A DNA stretch of 64,000 nucleotides from Hemiscyllium ocellatum (Eukaryota), in NCBI RefSeq assembly GCF_020745735.1, contig NC_083435.1, positions 26,721,231-26,785,230 of the forward strand. Direction: 5' to 3'. The position numbers were made by a program, and so were the translations under genes. Position 1 is the first letter of the stretch. Each line of letters begins with the position of its first letter. This document shows positions 1 through 13,008 of the stretch, piece after piece. Below the pieces are notes generated by a model that did not search any database, was not told the origin of the DNA, and saw only the letters and a program-made list of their open reading frames with translations.

Positions 1-295
1 ACCCCAATAATACTGAGAATATAAACCCCACAAACTTATCCTCACAGACAGATGTTACCCCAATAATACTGAGAATATCAACCCCACAGACTGACCCTCA
101 CAGACAGATGTTACCCCAATAATACTGAGAATATAAACCCCACAGACTGATCCTCACAGACAGATGTTACCCCAATAATATTGAAAATATGAATTCCAGC
201 ATCTAATCCTTACAGACAGCTGTTACCCTAATAATGCTGAGGTTATAAATCCCCTAGACAGAGCCTCACTGACAGCTGTTACCCTAATAACATTG
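1..295. repeat. 56-bp minisatellite, about 5 copies, running off the window start
   Basis: Unit ACCCCAATAATACTGAGAATATAAACCCCACAAACTTATCCTCACAGACAGATGTT restarts at about 1, 57, 113, 169, 225 and 281 and degenerates rightwards. Confidence 0.95.
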
Positions 296-1379
296 TGTGG
301 TCAAGAAGCTGTTCCAGTTAATTCAAATAAATAGCCAGTTTGTTACTCTTGGAGATTACATGTTTTAGCTTTAATTGTGATAGAAATAATATTTTAAGGA
401 TATCCTTCAAATGTCAGTTATGTCACCTTAATGAGTGAGATTGACTCATACACATTTACAGCCATTTGGTCCAATTTGTCTGCACCAGTCAACAAAGAAT
501 TGACTATATTGATTCCATTTTCTTGGATGCTACTGCAAGTGAAGATTTAAACACCGCTTCAATCTTTGCATTTTTAATGCACTGATCCTTTTAGGCAGAG
601 TGTTTGAGGCTCCTTCTGCTCTTTGAGTAACTCTTTGCAACTCTCTTCCTAGTCTTCTCCCTCTTATTTTAAAACTCTACTCCCAGTTGACCCCTTTGCT
701 GTTGAAAACTGTCCTTTCCAATCGACCCTTTCTATGCTTCTCATAATCTTATATCAGATCCCCTTTTAATCTTTGTTGCCCTTCAGTCGTTAAGTCCTGT
801 CATTTGTTTTTGCTCAGCTCATTGAAATGATTCAATTTGTTGTTGGATACTTCAGTAAAAAAAAATTTTGTCACCAATTTCTCTTCCTAAATGTTCGGTG
901 ATTGGACTGTTAGTGCTGTGGCTTCTGTTTGAGAGCTCTCTGTAGGTGAATAATGGGGTGTGGGGTTGCAGGGGAGAGTAAGGCAACACAAGATGGCATA
1001 CTGGGACATTAGTCCTCAGTCAGTAGGTAATGTGGTGAGAAGGGCCGTTGCCAGACTGAATACTGGGGCTTTAACCCTTTAACATGCTACTGTTAGAATG
1101 TCAAGAGGTACAAATTATCTGACTTGATATTTTAACTTTTAATGAATCCATGATTTTAAATTATTTAGATTCATACAAGAATTACCCATCAGGCAAGAGG
1201 CTAAACTGTAGTTGGTAAATTGAAAAGATTTATTGAACAATTAAAGGCAGAAGGAGTTAATATGATAGACACACTTCTAAGTTACAGAAAGAAAGGGAAG
1301 AAACTTGACAACTAAACAGACGTTGATGACTTTAGCTAAATAAGGCTGAAGTGAAGTATGAAATAAGTCAACAAAATGT

Positions 1380-1790
1380 CTTTTTGAAAACTTAATTATA
1401 TACCATTAACTCATTTTATCATCAGCCTAACTGTTGAATACTTATTGACTAACTTAACTGTTCATTTGACTAGTTTATGACATATAACAGTTTCCCATGT
1501 TTGTGAACACTTTCTAATTATACATCAGAACTTTTCCATATCTCACCATTGTAGATAATTTTAGTAAAGTTTTTTTTATCAGCTCAATTTAATGAGATTA
1601 AGGCCAGTTACAAAGGTTTTCACTCAGCATTACCTATTTCTTTTCTTGGGAATCACCATTTTTCAGAGTAAAAGCTCGCAACGTACATTTAAAATGTATT
1701 ATTACACACTACAGAGTGGTATAGGTTATATGTACAGTCTTTTATAATGCCTACTGATTAATTGATCATTCTTCAATTGTCTCACTGTCG
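1380..1790. mobile_element. Unclassified interspersed repeat fragment; inverted homologue at about 33990-34450
   Basis: The reverse complement aligns by eye with 33990-34450 (e.g. AAAATGGTGATT, TAGTTAGGCTGAT). Confidence 0.55.
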
Positions 1791-2774
1791 AGGCTCACCA
1801 ATCAAATGGCTGGATTCAAACTTCTCAGCAGAACTGTTTATTTTGTTATTGTAGTCTAATGTTCTTGTCCACTAGGAGATGGACCAACTGGATTTGATAA
1901 TGACTACCAAAATTATAGGATGCCTGAAAAAAAAGCATTTTAGTCAACACTTCATTCCCAACATTGTGATGAGTAATTATGGTTCTTCAGTCATGAGTGA
2001 ATAAATCAGCTGCTTTCTGAAGGTTTGGGAAATTCACAACACACATCAACCTCACACTACTCTCAATCAAATTGAAAAGCTAAGGAATGAAAATCAAAGA
2101 AATCAAGCAATCCTATATAATCCTCAAATAACAATATATATCTACTGAAAGCATGAAATGTGCTAGTCTAATGTCATCGCATACAACTGCTCTTCCGATG
2201 GCAAAAACAAAACATGCTGAAGACAGAAATAATAACAAATGTGAAGGTCAAAATCATGATAAAATGGCAGAAAGCCAAGTATCATTTTAACAAGACTGTC
2301 AACTCATTTCCAGAGCAGGGCTTTGGAGAGCCAATCAGGGTAAATACCTTCAATATTCTCAACAAGAGTCAACTTGGGACCTGTAGAGAGCAATCATTAC
2401 CTTCAGTTAGCCACTAGACCCAAAGCATTATCTCTGATTTTTCTTCACAGATGCTGAAAGACCTGCTGAGCTTTCCCAATAAATTCTGTTTAAGTTTCTG
2501 ATTTCTACTATTTGTCATTTTTTTATAACATTGATTGTATCCTGTTGAAGTTAATAGGCAGGTACACCATTGCGACCAACTCACATACAACTGGAGCATC
2601 CTGTTCTTCACTACATATTGCTAAAGAAAATGTGAACACACCATTCACACAGGCCACAGAGAAACCATTGGCCCTGGAGGTCTACATAACTGGCAAAATG
2701 GAAATGGAACAAAAATCGGGTCCTGCAGAAACAATAACTGACTTGGGAATGACATTCCCTGGAGAAGCAGCATC

Positions 2775-3200
2775 ACCCAGAGGAAGGGATTCTGGATCAG
2801 TGGTGCTGGAAGAGCACAGCAGTTCAGGCAGCATCCAACAAGCAGCGAAATCGACGTTTCGGGCCAAAGCCCTTCATCAGGAATAAAGGAACAACAGTGT
2901 ACACACACACATTTAAGAAAAATGTCTGCTGACACACCCAAAATGCACTTACTACTTGTGTGAAAAATACATATGTGCAATACCCACCAGTATGGTCATT
3001 GATGTGATTCCATCCCAGTCAGTCATATTTATTGTGCTATTTGGGCATTGCTATGTTCTTCACTGGGAGTATTCCTGATGAAGGGCTTTTGCCCGAAACG
3101 TTAATTTTACTGCTCCTTGGATGGTGCCCGAACTGTGCGTTTCCAGCACCACTCTAATCTAGACTCTGGTTTCCAGCATCTGCCGTCATTGTTTTTACCT
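2775..3200. mobile_element. Penelope-like element remnant: inverted pseudo-LTR pair around a spacer of about 190 bp
   Basis: Arm 2805-2884 is the reverse complement of arm 3071-3150; both carry CTGATGAAGGGCTTTNGCCCGAAACG. Confidence 0.8.
2849..2884 (-). ncRNA. Minimal hammerhead ribozyme motif (Penelope type)
   Basis: Minus strand reads ATTC-CTGATGA-A-GGGC-TTTG-GCCC-GAAA-CG-TC-GATT: intact core, stem II, palindromic ACGU stem III and GUC cleavage triplet. Confidence 0.7.
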
Positions 3201-3419
3201 ATGTTCTTCACTGGCAGGAAGTTTCACAAAGTGTACCAGTGCAGAAGTTTTCCACATATGCAATGTGAACATTTTGGTATCAGGCGACACATCCACAATT
3301 GAAAGACCAGCACAATTTAAAGACTGTGTGTGCAATTCATGTACAGAAACTGACAAAAATAACAAGCTTCTATGACTAATCCAATTCAGTTTCTAGTCAA
3401 TGGTTAATGCCCAGACTGT

Positions 3420-4830
3420 TGATAGTGAAGGATGGTAATACTATTGAATATCAAGATGAGATAGTTAACTGCTCTGTTGTGTGAGGTTTTAAGGTGGTCA
3501 CTGGCACTACACAAATTTGCAGGTAACCAGGTCTTGCTACACTTGGACACAGACTGCTTGAGTATCTGTGGACTTGCAAATAGTGTTGAAGATTGTGTAA
3601 TATTCAGAACACATCACCACTTCTAACCTAATGATGGATGGAAAGTTATTGATGAAGCAGCTGGAGATGGTTGGGCTGGAAGATGACAAACCTTTACAAT
3701 GATGTCCTGGGACTGAGAAGACTGGCCTCCAATACCCACAATCATCTTCCACTCTGCTAAATATGACTCCAAATGTGGTGAGATTTCCCCCAATTCCCAT
3801 TGACTCCAGTCTTGCTTTGGCCTCTTAATATCAGATGCTGCTGTGAGCTCAAAGGCTTCTATATCATCTGATATGTGGAATTCAGCTCTTTTGAACATGT
3901 TTGGACTAAGGTTGTGATAAGATGAGAGCTGAGTGGTCCTATGAAACTCAAACTGAATGCCATTGGCCAAGTTACTGCTGAGCTTGAAAACTCAGTCAAC
4001 AGCCCCTTTTATCACCTTGAGGATGACTGAAACTAGACTGCTGTGATGGGAATTGTTTGTGGAGTTTGTCCTGTGTTTTGTGTGCACGGTATATCTGGGT
4101 AATCTTCCACATTGCTGGGTAGATATCAGTGTTATGTACTAGAAGAACTTGGAAAGGACGTGGCTATTTTGGAGCACAAGTTGTGAGTATTATTACGGGA
4201 ATGTTGTCAAGATCCATGGCCGTTTCTTGATGGCACAAGGACGGAATCAAATTGATTTCAGATTGGTATCTGAGATACTGAGGGCCATAGTTGGATGCCA
4301 CTCACAGTTGCCACAGGATGTGGTGGAGGCTGGTACAATTGCAACATTTAAGAGGCATTTGAATTGGTATATGAATAGGAAGGGTTTGGAGGGATATGGG
4401 CCGTTGTTGGCAGGTGGGACTAGATTGGGTTGGGATATCTGGTTGGCATGTACTGGTTGGACTGAAGGGTCTGTTTCCATGCTGTGCATCTCTATGACTC
4501 TATAACTCTTCTGGCTGAAAATGGGTATAAATTATTCAGCATTATTGTACTAGACATCCCTGTCATTGAACATGGAAACATTTGTGGAGCCTTATAGTTC
4601 TGTTAGTTGTTTAATTGTCGACTAACATTCAAGCTTGGGTGATGAAGAATTGTGGAGCTTTGACTGATCCATTGTTTTGGGATTGCTTGATTCTTTCAAT
4701 CATGAGTTACTTCCGCTGTGTGAAATAGAATTAGTCCTGTGCTGTTGCTGCACTAGTTTGGCACTTCATTTTTAGATCAGTCTGATGATACTCCTGGCAT
4801 GTCCTTTGGTGTTCTTCATTATACCAGTGT
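3420..4830 (-). mobile_element. Degenerate LINE RT fragments (CR1/L2 superclade, second family), with a CR1 3' end nested at about 4140-4505 (+)
   Basis: ORF 3537-3800 contains LINE-like CFINNFPSIIRLEVVM; 4330-4505 shows the CR1 3' tail (TFKRHL, GYGP..AG, CTATGACTCTA). Confidence 0.65.
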
Positions 4831-5199
4831 TAGTAACCTAAATAATGTTACCAGTGGACAAGTCAAGTCTCAGAATAAAATGGATCTTTTGTGTTTTATA
4901 TGCTGTTTGTTTATGTGAATTTGAATTTAAAAAATAAAGGTACAAGACATGTCAACAATTATAATACAACAGAGAATTATGGATGCCAACATAGGAAGCC
5001 CCAAATCTCATTTTAAGCAAAAACAGTACATCAAACCCTTTTCATTTTTAGAAAAAAAGGGACTAAAGTGACCTAGTTAAATTAATGCAGTTTTTTTATG
5101 TGGTGATTGTCACTCAGACCTATTTAAAATATGCATATAGATTTTCTTTAGCAAGAGAACAGGAGTTTATTAGACAATAAAAATTAAAACAAAATCAAT

Positions 5200-5530
5200 C
5201 CACCTAAACAAAGAAGACAATTGGAAAGATATCAAAACATACAACAAAACAAAGTTTCAACCTGTTTCCTAACACCATCCATTGCAGAGAGTCAGGTCCA
5301 CAGAAGATTACACTCCTATCTCAAATCCTGTCAGTTTCATTCTTGTGGACTGTGGGGACCATTCATTGAGTCCTTTCCAAACTGTTGTCATGAACATCTT
5401 ACAAATGTGAAAGCTTAAACTATCTCAATTCTAACAACTTAGAGATTTCTAACAAGACTCTCTTGGCTTGGAAGTTTCAGAAACCAAACCCTTCTGCTGA
5501 GATGGCTTACTCCCTGATCTGCCCTGAGGG
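5200..5530 (-). pseudogene. Probable 3' UTR remnant of class I-like pseudogene C
   Basis: Loose by-eye similarity to the region downstream of the gene B stop (about 50190-50570) and the gene A stop (about 20930-21010). Confidence 0.4.
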
Positions 5531-7190
5531 CTTCCATGAGCAAGATGATCCTAGCTTTTAAACGTAACATTGGTATCTTCTGAATCAAATTGAAAAACAG
5601 AGGGAGCAGCCTTGCATGTTTACTTCACCTGTCATAAACTCAACTGTATAAACCTTTTCGTTTTGACACCATAGGGGTCTATAGTCACCTGACATATGAT
5701 ACTGCTCAATTTAATCACTGTTTCAGAAAGACTCTGTCTTTGTATTTTTGTAATAGAAACACCGCACAGAGATTACCAAAACCTATAGTCCTCTATTTTG
5801 AAATCCATGCTCCAAAACTGTATTTATACAAATTATATATGTTTTATCAAATCATGGTTGATCCCTAGGTTGAAAGCAAAAGTAAAGTATGATGTGATAA
5901 ATCATGAGGTTACAGATGGTACAGAATGTAGTTTTCAATATAATTCTGCAGCTGCTGATGACACACTGTGCCTCATAAGTGCCCAGCTTTTCCAGATCTG
6001 TTTGAAATCTAACTCATTCAGTAAAGTGGTTGTGCCACACAACAGTGGTGGGGATCCTCAATGTGAAATTGGGACTTTGCCTCCACTTGGATTATGTAAT
6101 CTTAATTCATACCAATACTGTCACAGACAGATAAACTTGCTACAGGTAGATCAGTGAGGACAACTTGAAGTACTTCCCTCTTCGCTTGTGTCAACATGGA
6201 GGAGTATTTATTCATTAGCTGAGTGGATGGGGGACTGTATGTGCTAATCAGCAGTAGGATTCATTGTCCACGTTTGACCTGATGATGTGAGCCTTCATAG
6301 TATCCTGATGACTCTTCAGTCTTCAATACTGAATGAAGTACAAACCTAGCCTATACAATCTGTTTTCATAATGTAGCCCTAGTAGTAGGGTGGTGAATCT
6401 GCACAGCACCCTCACCAAAGGCAATTTCCTTTTCCTCAAGTGCAGTTCCTCGAACTGAACACATTCACTCAACTGAGGTCTAACCAGTAACTGGACATAA
6501 CTTTCAATCTCATGTATTCCAGACTTTAAGATAAAGGTCAATATTCTATCAGCCTTTGGTTGGTTTTTGGCATTATCTCCATTTATCTGCCTTTACGAAA
6601 GAACCTTTGACCTCCATGTTGGTGAGAAATCTAATTCAGCTTTGAATATTGTTATATCCATGGAAAATGAAGGATATTACAAGGTGTTAAAAAAGGTGAT
6701 CCTTTTTTAAAACAAAAGGCTTTGAATTTTAAAATGAATGCCACAGAGTACAAGCTTACAGAGTTTGTGGAAGCTTTACACAGCAGATTGCAGAGGGACT
6801 TGGGGGAGACAGCTTCTTTCCCATTATTGTGGACATACTGAAAAAAAATTAAAAAGGAAACCAGATCCCAGTCTCTGGACCTGACTCAGTAACAAAACAG
6901 ACATCTCTGAACATGTTATGTTAAGAGGTTTGATAAAATTATCCGTCAGCTAAGACACGTTCAATGGATTTGACCAGAGAGGTGAAAAAAGAAAAGATGA
7001 TTTTAAAATAAAAGCAAATATTACTAAAGATGGCAGGGCAGGTTCAGGAAGCGGTGAAAGAAAGCCTCCTGGGCTTTAATAGACTGGTATGCAGTGTAAA
7101 GAAGTCTCCTTGAGTGCTCTGTTGAAATTCTGTTGGAATTTTGTAATACATATTTAGGGATTCATGTCCTGGTGTTTCTCACTCTTTCAG

Positions 7191-7230
7191 ATACTCACTG
7201 TCTTCGGTATTTTCATACTGCTACAAATCT
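7191..7230 (+). pseudogene. MHC class I-like pseudogene C: 5' fragment of alpha1 exon (inverted block)
   Basis: TTTAGGGATTCATGTCCTG..CTCTTTCAG matches the gene A intron-1 acceptor; it is followed by (D)THCLRYFHTAT, then a deletion into intron-2-like sequence. Confidence 0.85.
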
Positions 7231-7627
7231 GCTTGACAGCGATAACTCTAAATGACAGCTTGAGTTTCTGTTTGACAGGGATGACTGGCTCAGAATTACA
7301 ATTTTTAAAAAAAATACTTGTAGGATGTGGGTGTCATTGGCTGGGCCAATTAGTGCTGACAGGTGAACCAGAATTGAAACATTAACTCTGCTGAGTTCCT
7401 CCAGCAATTTTAGTTGTTGTTTCATATGTCCAGCTTCCGCAATTTCCTATCACTTGCTGCCATTGAGAAGGTGGTGGTGAGCTGCCTTCCTGAACCACTG
7501 CAGTCCATGTGCTGTAGTGAGACCCCTAATGTGTTCCTAATTGACAGCGATATCTGATGGACAGCTTGCGTTTCTAGTGGACATGGATGACTGGCTGTGA
7601 TTGGCAGTTTGTGTTTCTGATGGGCAG

Positions 7628-7896
7628 GAATTCACATATTGCAGATGGTGAGTGGTGGTGAATTCAGGGACAATGATGAGTGGATTTTATCAATTTGGAT
7701 GGAATAGATAAGATTTTATCAGCTTCAGTAAAGATCACATGCTATGGATGACCCCATTACTTTGGTCAGAAAGCATCAAAAACAGATGGGACCAACATGT
7801 GGTGACCAAGCATTGGTGAAGCATGACTGGGAGGAGCGGTATATTGAATGGCTGAGGAAATACTTGAAGTATTAACAGATAAAGAACTGAGAGTTG
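7628..7896 (+). pseudogene. MHC class I-like pseudogene C: alpha2 exon with stops and frameshifts (inverted block)
   Basis: Acceptor TTTCTGATGGGCAG and donor GTGAGT; reads GIHILQMVSG..SGFYQFGWNR*DFISFSKDHMLWMTPLLWSESIKNRWDQHVV..IEWLRKYLKY*. It is 269 bp versus 273 bp in A and B, and both Cys codons are lost. Confidence 0.93.
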
Positions 7897-8270
7897 GTGA
7901 GTGAGGGTAGAGCAAGTATTGATGAATGAGGGGATCTTAGGGAAGAATCCGAGGGTTGGAGAGTACGGGTGGAGGTTGGACAGTCGGGGGTGAGAGAGTT
8001 GTCAAAGGGAATGACCTGGACTCTGTATCAAGGTTCCCTTCTGTGTTGATGTTCCTACTCTGACCTCTCTTTCTTTCTCCCTGAGTCTTTGGCTACACTG
8101 GGATTGCTGTCCATCACAAAGCTCATCCTGTTAAAACCAACATAATTCAACATCCCTTATAAAAGACACTAACACTTTCCACTTTTCACTAACACTTTCT
8201 TCCTTTGAGTCCAATAATCCTCAACTCAACCTGGAATTAGAGATTTTGATCATGACAAGAGCCCCCAATT

Positions 8271-8921
8271 TGTTATAGACCAGACAATACCCCCTCAAAA
8301 TATATTAAGAAGATAGTCTAGACCCTAATTTTGTCTTATTTTAAAGGTAAATGTAAGGTGTTGTGTCATGGATACAATTCGATTAGTCAAACTACTTTAA
8401 GTGAAGCACAATTTATTCAAGCAGTTAAAATACAACAAAAGAAAGTTAAATTATTCAAATTTTGTATTGGAAAGCTTCACAGAATAATAGATTACTTTAT
8501 GACTAAACAGGAACTGTTCCAATATAGTAACATTCCATCAACACACCCTTGGCAAAAGGCAAATATAGGAAACAGATTGTCTTATATGCAACTGCAGCAG
8601 CCCGGGAGGAAAAACAAATTGAGGTAACCCTGAGAGAGTGTGTAGCAGGGAGAAATATGCTGCAGCAACCAACCCTGCTGAGACCCCAACAACATCTGCT
8701 ACTGAAAAGCTAAGAAACTTAAAAATCCTGGTTCTGCAAGAGCTTGACCATATCCATTCAGGCTGCTTCTATTGTTCCAACTTAGAAATAAGCCAAGATC
8801 TCACAAGTTGTGTACTTTATTGGTTTTCCTGACAGACAGCCCATCAGCTCTGTCTTAAAACCTCTCTTTTGAAAAAAACAAACAGGACAAAACCACCTCT
8901 TAAAGACATAGTCTTGTCACA
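8271..8921. mobile_element. Solo-LTR-like insertion in pseudogene C intron 1
   Basis: Starts TGTTA and ends TCACA; absent from the homologous gene A intron (about 26300-26330); no clear target-site duplication. Confidence 0.5.
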
Positions 8922-9610
8922 GTGGGAAGGTAGCAAGATGTAATGGCAGTTCCTCACAATGTGTATAAAGAGGAACAATTTGCTTTTCACCTGAATTCCA
9001 GATCCTTCAGAAGCAGAGGTTCTAATTTTCAGGTGGATCTAGTGATTAACCTGAACAGTCTATTATTTTCATGGCTGGTGATAACAGAAGATCAGAGTAT
9101 GTAATTAATAGTCTCTGAAAATCCAAAGGAATTTCAATTTATATGATACTGGTCATCAACAGGATAATGGGATGGTCAGTAATAAACTATTAATGGTCAT
9201 GGACGAGTTTCCATCTACATGGTCAGATCCATTAAATATACCTTTTCTGGTCAATAGTTTTAGCACCTCTGTTGGCAGAATAGGTCCGGAGATGTCTGTT
9301 TTGTTAATGATACTGACTCAGGCTCAGAGACTGTTTTCTAAGCTCTCCTTGTTTGAACGGTTTTTCAGTATCTCCACACAATGACAGATGAGGAACTGTC
9401 TCTGTCAGATCCACTGTGAAGAGTTTCCTCAACCTTGGGCACCATTTTAACATGCAACAAGTCATCTCTTTAAACAACAGGGATGTACCATTTTTCACAC
9501 TTTGAAATATGCTTCATGTTCTCATGGACATGAAAACATTTAAAGCTGAGTGATTCAGATTTTTGATCTGCATGGGAATCAATAGTTCTGGAGTACAGGC
9601 AGATGAATGG
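8922..9610 (-). pseudogene. Intron-1 remnant of pseudogene C in original orientation
   Basis: Same-strand homology to gene A intron 1 at about 26330-27260 (e.g. AATGGCAGTT.CTCACAAT, TCCACACAATGA.AGATGAG.AACTGTCTC). Confidence 0.8.
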
Positions 9611-10361
9611 AGACAAGACTAAATCTATCAAACGCACTAACTGAAAGGGGGTACCAACCTTGATGGGCTGAAGGATGTACTTCTGCTTTAATTTTTTACA
9701 TTCTTACAATGCAAAGAAGGAGTTGCGGAGTGTAATGGAAACCTTTAAAGGATGGTGGACAATGCAATAAATTGATGTAAAGGTCTTTTTCTTGAGAACT
9801 GGAATACATCGTCCTGAAAGTTATGTCCAGTTTATACAAAACTGCTCCTTAGGAAAGTGAAATTGGCCTTGGTGAGGCTACAATGGACACTCACCAGCCT
9901 GTTACTGGACTACATTATGAAAACAGGTTGTACAATCTAGATTTGTAATAACTTCATTATTGAAGACTGAAGAGTCATCAGGAAACCAGGAAGTCTCACA
10001 GCATCAAGTCAAATATGGGCAAGGAACTCTCCTGCAGACGACAAGACTACCACACAACTCTTCTCCAAACCATCAATTGATGAATCAATACCTCTCAATG
10101 TTGAGTGCTACTTTGAGGATGGACTTAGGATGACAAGAGCACAGAATGTAGCCTGGGTAGGCAATTTTAAAGACCATCACCAAGAATAGCTTAGTAACAC
10201 CATCACTGACTAAATCATATAGGACATAGTTGCTGTTCTGGGTCTCTAGGAGGTGGTAAGGGAACCAAAGAAAGGGAAAAAACTATTTCACTTTGTCCTC
10301 GCTGATCTACCTGTTGCACATTCTGTGACAGAATTGGTAAAAGTTATTATATGATTTTTAA

Positions 10362-10658
10362 TGGCGGCACAGTGGCTCAGTGGTTAGCACTGCTGCCTTA
10401 CAGCGCCAGAGACCCGGGTTTGATTCCGATTGTGTGGAGTTTGCACATTCTCTCAATGTCTGTGTGGGTTTCCTCTGGGTGCTCCAGTTTCCTCCCACAA
10501 TCCAAAGTTGTACAGGTCATGTGAATTGGCCAGGCTAAATTGCCCATAGTGTTTGGTGCATTAGTCAGAGGGAAATGGGTCTGGTGGCTTACTCTTCGAA
10601 GGGTTGGTGTGGATGTGTTGGGCTGAAGGACCTGTTTCCATACTGTAGGGAATCTAAT
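10362..10658 (+). mobile_element. HE1-type tRNA-derived SINE
   Basis: GGCGGCACAGTGGCTCAGTGGTTAGCACTGCTGCC head, central GTGTGGAGTTTGCACATTCTC domain, CR1-like tail ending GGGAATCTAA. Confidence 0.92.
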
Positions 10659-11169
10659 TCATTCACAGAATGAGGGTGTTGCTGGCTAGGTCAGCATTTA
10701 ATGCTCATTCCTAATTGTTAGTTAAATTGTATGTTGGCCATTCCTCCAGGTAAGAGTCAACCACATTGCTGTGCATCAGGAGTCGCATGCAGGTCACACA
10801 AGATAAGTATGACAGTTTCCTTCCCTAAAGGACATTAGTGAACCAAATGTGTTTTCCCAACAATTGACAATGGAATGATTCATGGTCCTCATTAGATTTT
10901 TAATTCTGGATTTTTTAAAAATCTAATTCAAATTCCACCATTTGCCATAGCAGGTTTTGAATTCAGGTGGCCAGAACATTCACATGTTTGGATTAACAGT
11001 TGAACGATAATATCACTAAGCTGTTACCTCCCTTTCTTGAAGTCTTATCTTCCCATTAAGAATACCCACCACTGTTGTGTGGCACTCCCATTTTATTGAA
11101 AAGGTTAGATTTCAAACAGGTGGAGAAAAATGAAATAGCCACTACTGAGGCTCTCTTTGCCATCAGTGG

Positions 11170-12190
11170 TAGAATGGTGTTCCAGAGAGGGTCTTGGGTC
11201 CACTGTTGTTTGTCATTTTTATAGATATATATGATTTGGATGAGAATAAAGGAAATATGGTTAGTAAGTTTGCGGATGTTACCAAAGTTGGTGTTATAAT
11301 GGACAGTGAAGGTTATCTAAGAATACAATGGTATCCAAATCAGTTGGGCCAATGAGTGGCAGATGGAGTTTAAATCAATACAATATGAGGTTTTGCTTTT
11401 TGATGCGACAAACAAGGGCAGGATTTACCCATGGTTAATGATAATACCCTGCAGAATGCTGTAATACAGAGAGAAAAAGGGGTTTAGGTACATAGTTCCT
11501 TGAAAATGGTGTCACAGGTAGACAAAGTGGTGAAAAGGGAGTTTAGCATGCATACTTCATTGGTCAAAGCATTGAGTGTAGGAGTTGAGACCTCATGTTA
11601 TAGCTGCACAGGACAATGATGAGGCTTCTTTTGGATTTCCGTGCACAGTTCTGGTTGCCTTGCTCGAGGAAGGCAATTATTAAATTGAAGAGGGTGTAGA
11701 AAAGATTTACAAGATTGTTACGAGGACTGGAGGGTTTGAGTTATGAGGAGCAGCAGGATAGAGTCAGAGATGCACAGCAATATGCTGGAATGTTTTTGGT
11801 TGGAGCCTAGGAGGCTGAGAAGTAACCTTATAAAGGTTTATAAAATCATGAGGGGCATAGATAAAGTGAATAGCAAAAGGTCTTTTCCCTCAGGTAGGGG
11901 AGTTTAAAATTCGAGGACATAATTTTACAGTGAGAAGGGAAAAATTTAAAAGGGATCTAAGGGGCACTATTTCACACAGGGAGTAGTTTGCATGTGGAAT
12001 GAACTGTCAGAAGAAGTAGTAAAAGCAGGTACAGTTACAACATTTAAGACACATTTGGCAGGTACACTGATTAGAGGAATATGGTTTATAGAGATATGGG
12101 CCAAACATAAGCAAATGGGATTAGTTTAGTTTGAGAAACCTGGTTGGCATTTGAGTTGAACCGAACTGTCTGTTTCCATACTGAATCTCC
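11170..12190 (+). mobile_element. CR1 LINE 3' fragment (RT C-terminus and 3' UTR); equivalent position to the CR1 in gene A intron 1
   Basis: FADxTK-like RT motif and CR1 tail; left flank 11040-11170 matches 27890-28030. Confidence 0.85.
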
Positions 12191-13008
12191 TATATTTAAT
12201 TACCTTTTTTTAAAAAAAAAGATTTTATGTAATAAAGATCTGTTCTGATCAATAAAATCTGCAGTCTCAAGTAAATAGGTAACAATTACAACACTTAAAA
12301 TGCATCTGGATGGGTATATGTATAGGAAGGGTTTAGAGGGATATGTACCATGTGGTGGCAAATGGGACCAGATTAGGTTAGGATATCTAGTTAGCATGGA
12401 CGAGTTGAACTGAAGTGTTTGTTTCCGTGCTGTACATCTCATAACTCTTATGCAGGAACTGTGGAGCATAATTTGGGAACAGAAATGTGGAGGTTGTTTT
12501 GGGAGCACTTGCTGGATAGGCTTGTCTCGCTGAGACAACGGATGGATGGTGGAGAAAAGGAACCTTGAATGACAAAATGCGGAACATCTAGTCAACAGGA
12601 AGAAGGAAGCTTACTTAAGGTTGAGGTAGCAAGGATCAGACAAAGCCCTACAGGGTTACAAGGTAGCCAGGAAGAACCTGAAGAATGGACTTAGAGCTAG
12701 AAGGGAGCATGAAAACACTTGGCGGGTAGGTTTAAGGAAAACCCCAAGGTGTTCCACACATATGAGGAACAACAGGCTAGGGCCAATCATGAAAAGCGGA
12801 GGGAACCTATGCCTGGAGTCAGAGGAGATAGGGGAAGTCCTTAACGAATACTTTGCTTCAGTATTCCTTATGAGAGAGACCTTGTCGTTTGAGAGGACAG
12901 TGTGAAGCAGGCTGATATGCTCAAACAGGTTGATGTTCAGGAGGAAGATGTGCTGGAAATTTGGAAACACATGAGTTTAGTTAAGTGCCCTGGACCAGAT
13001 GAGAGATA

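Noticed and set aside
2512-2886. 124-aa ORF
   Set aside because: Ends inside a Penelope pseudo-LTR; no domain or splice support.
6780-7010. Alpha3 exon of pseudogene C expected left of the inversion
   Set aside because: Only a 9-bp GATCCCAGT match; no Ig-domain frame could be recovered.
10362-10440. tRNA genes at SINE heads (all HE1 copies)
   Set aside because: The A/B-box heads continue into the SINE body and tail; no complete cloverleaf.
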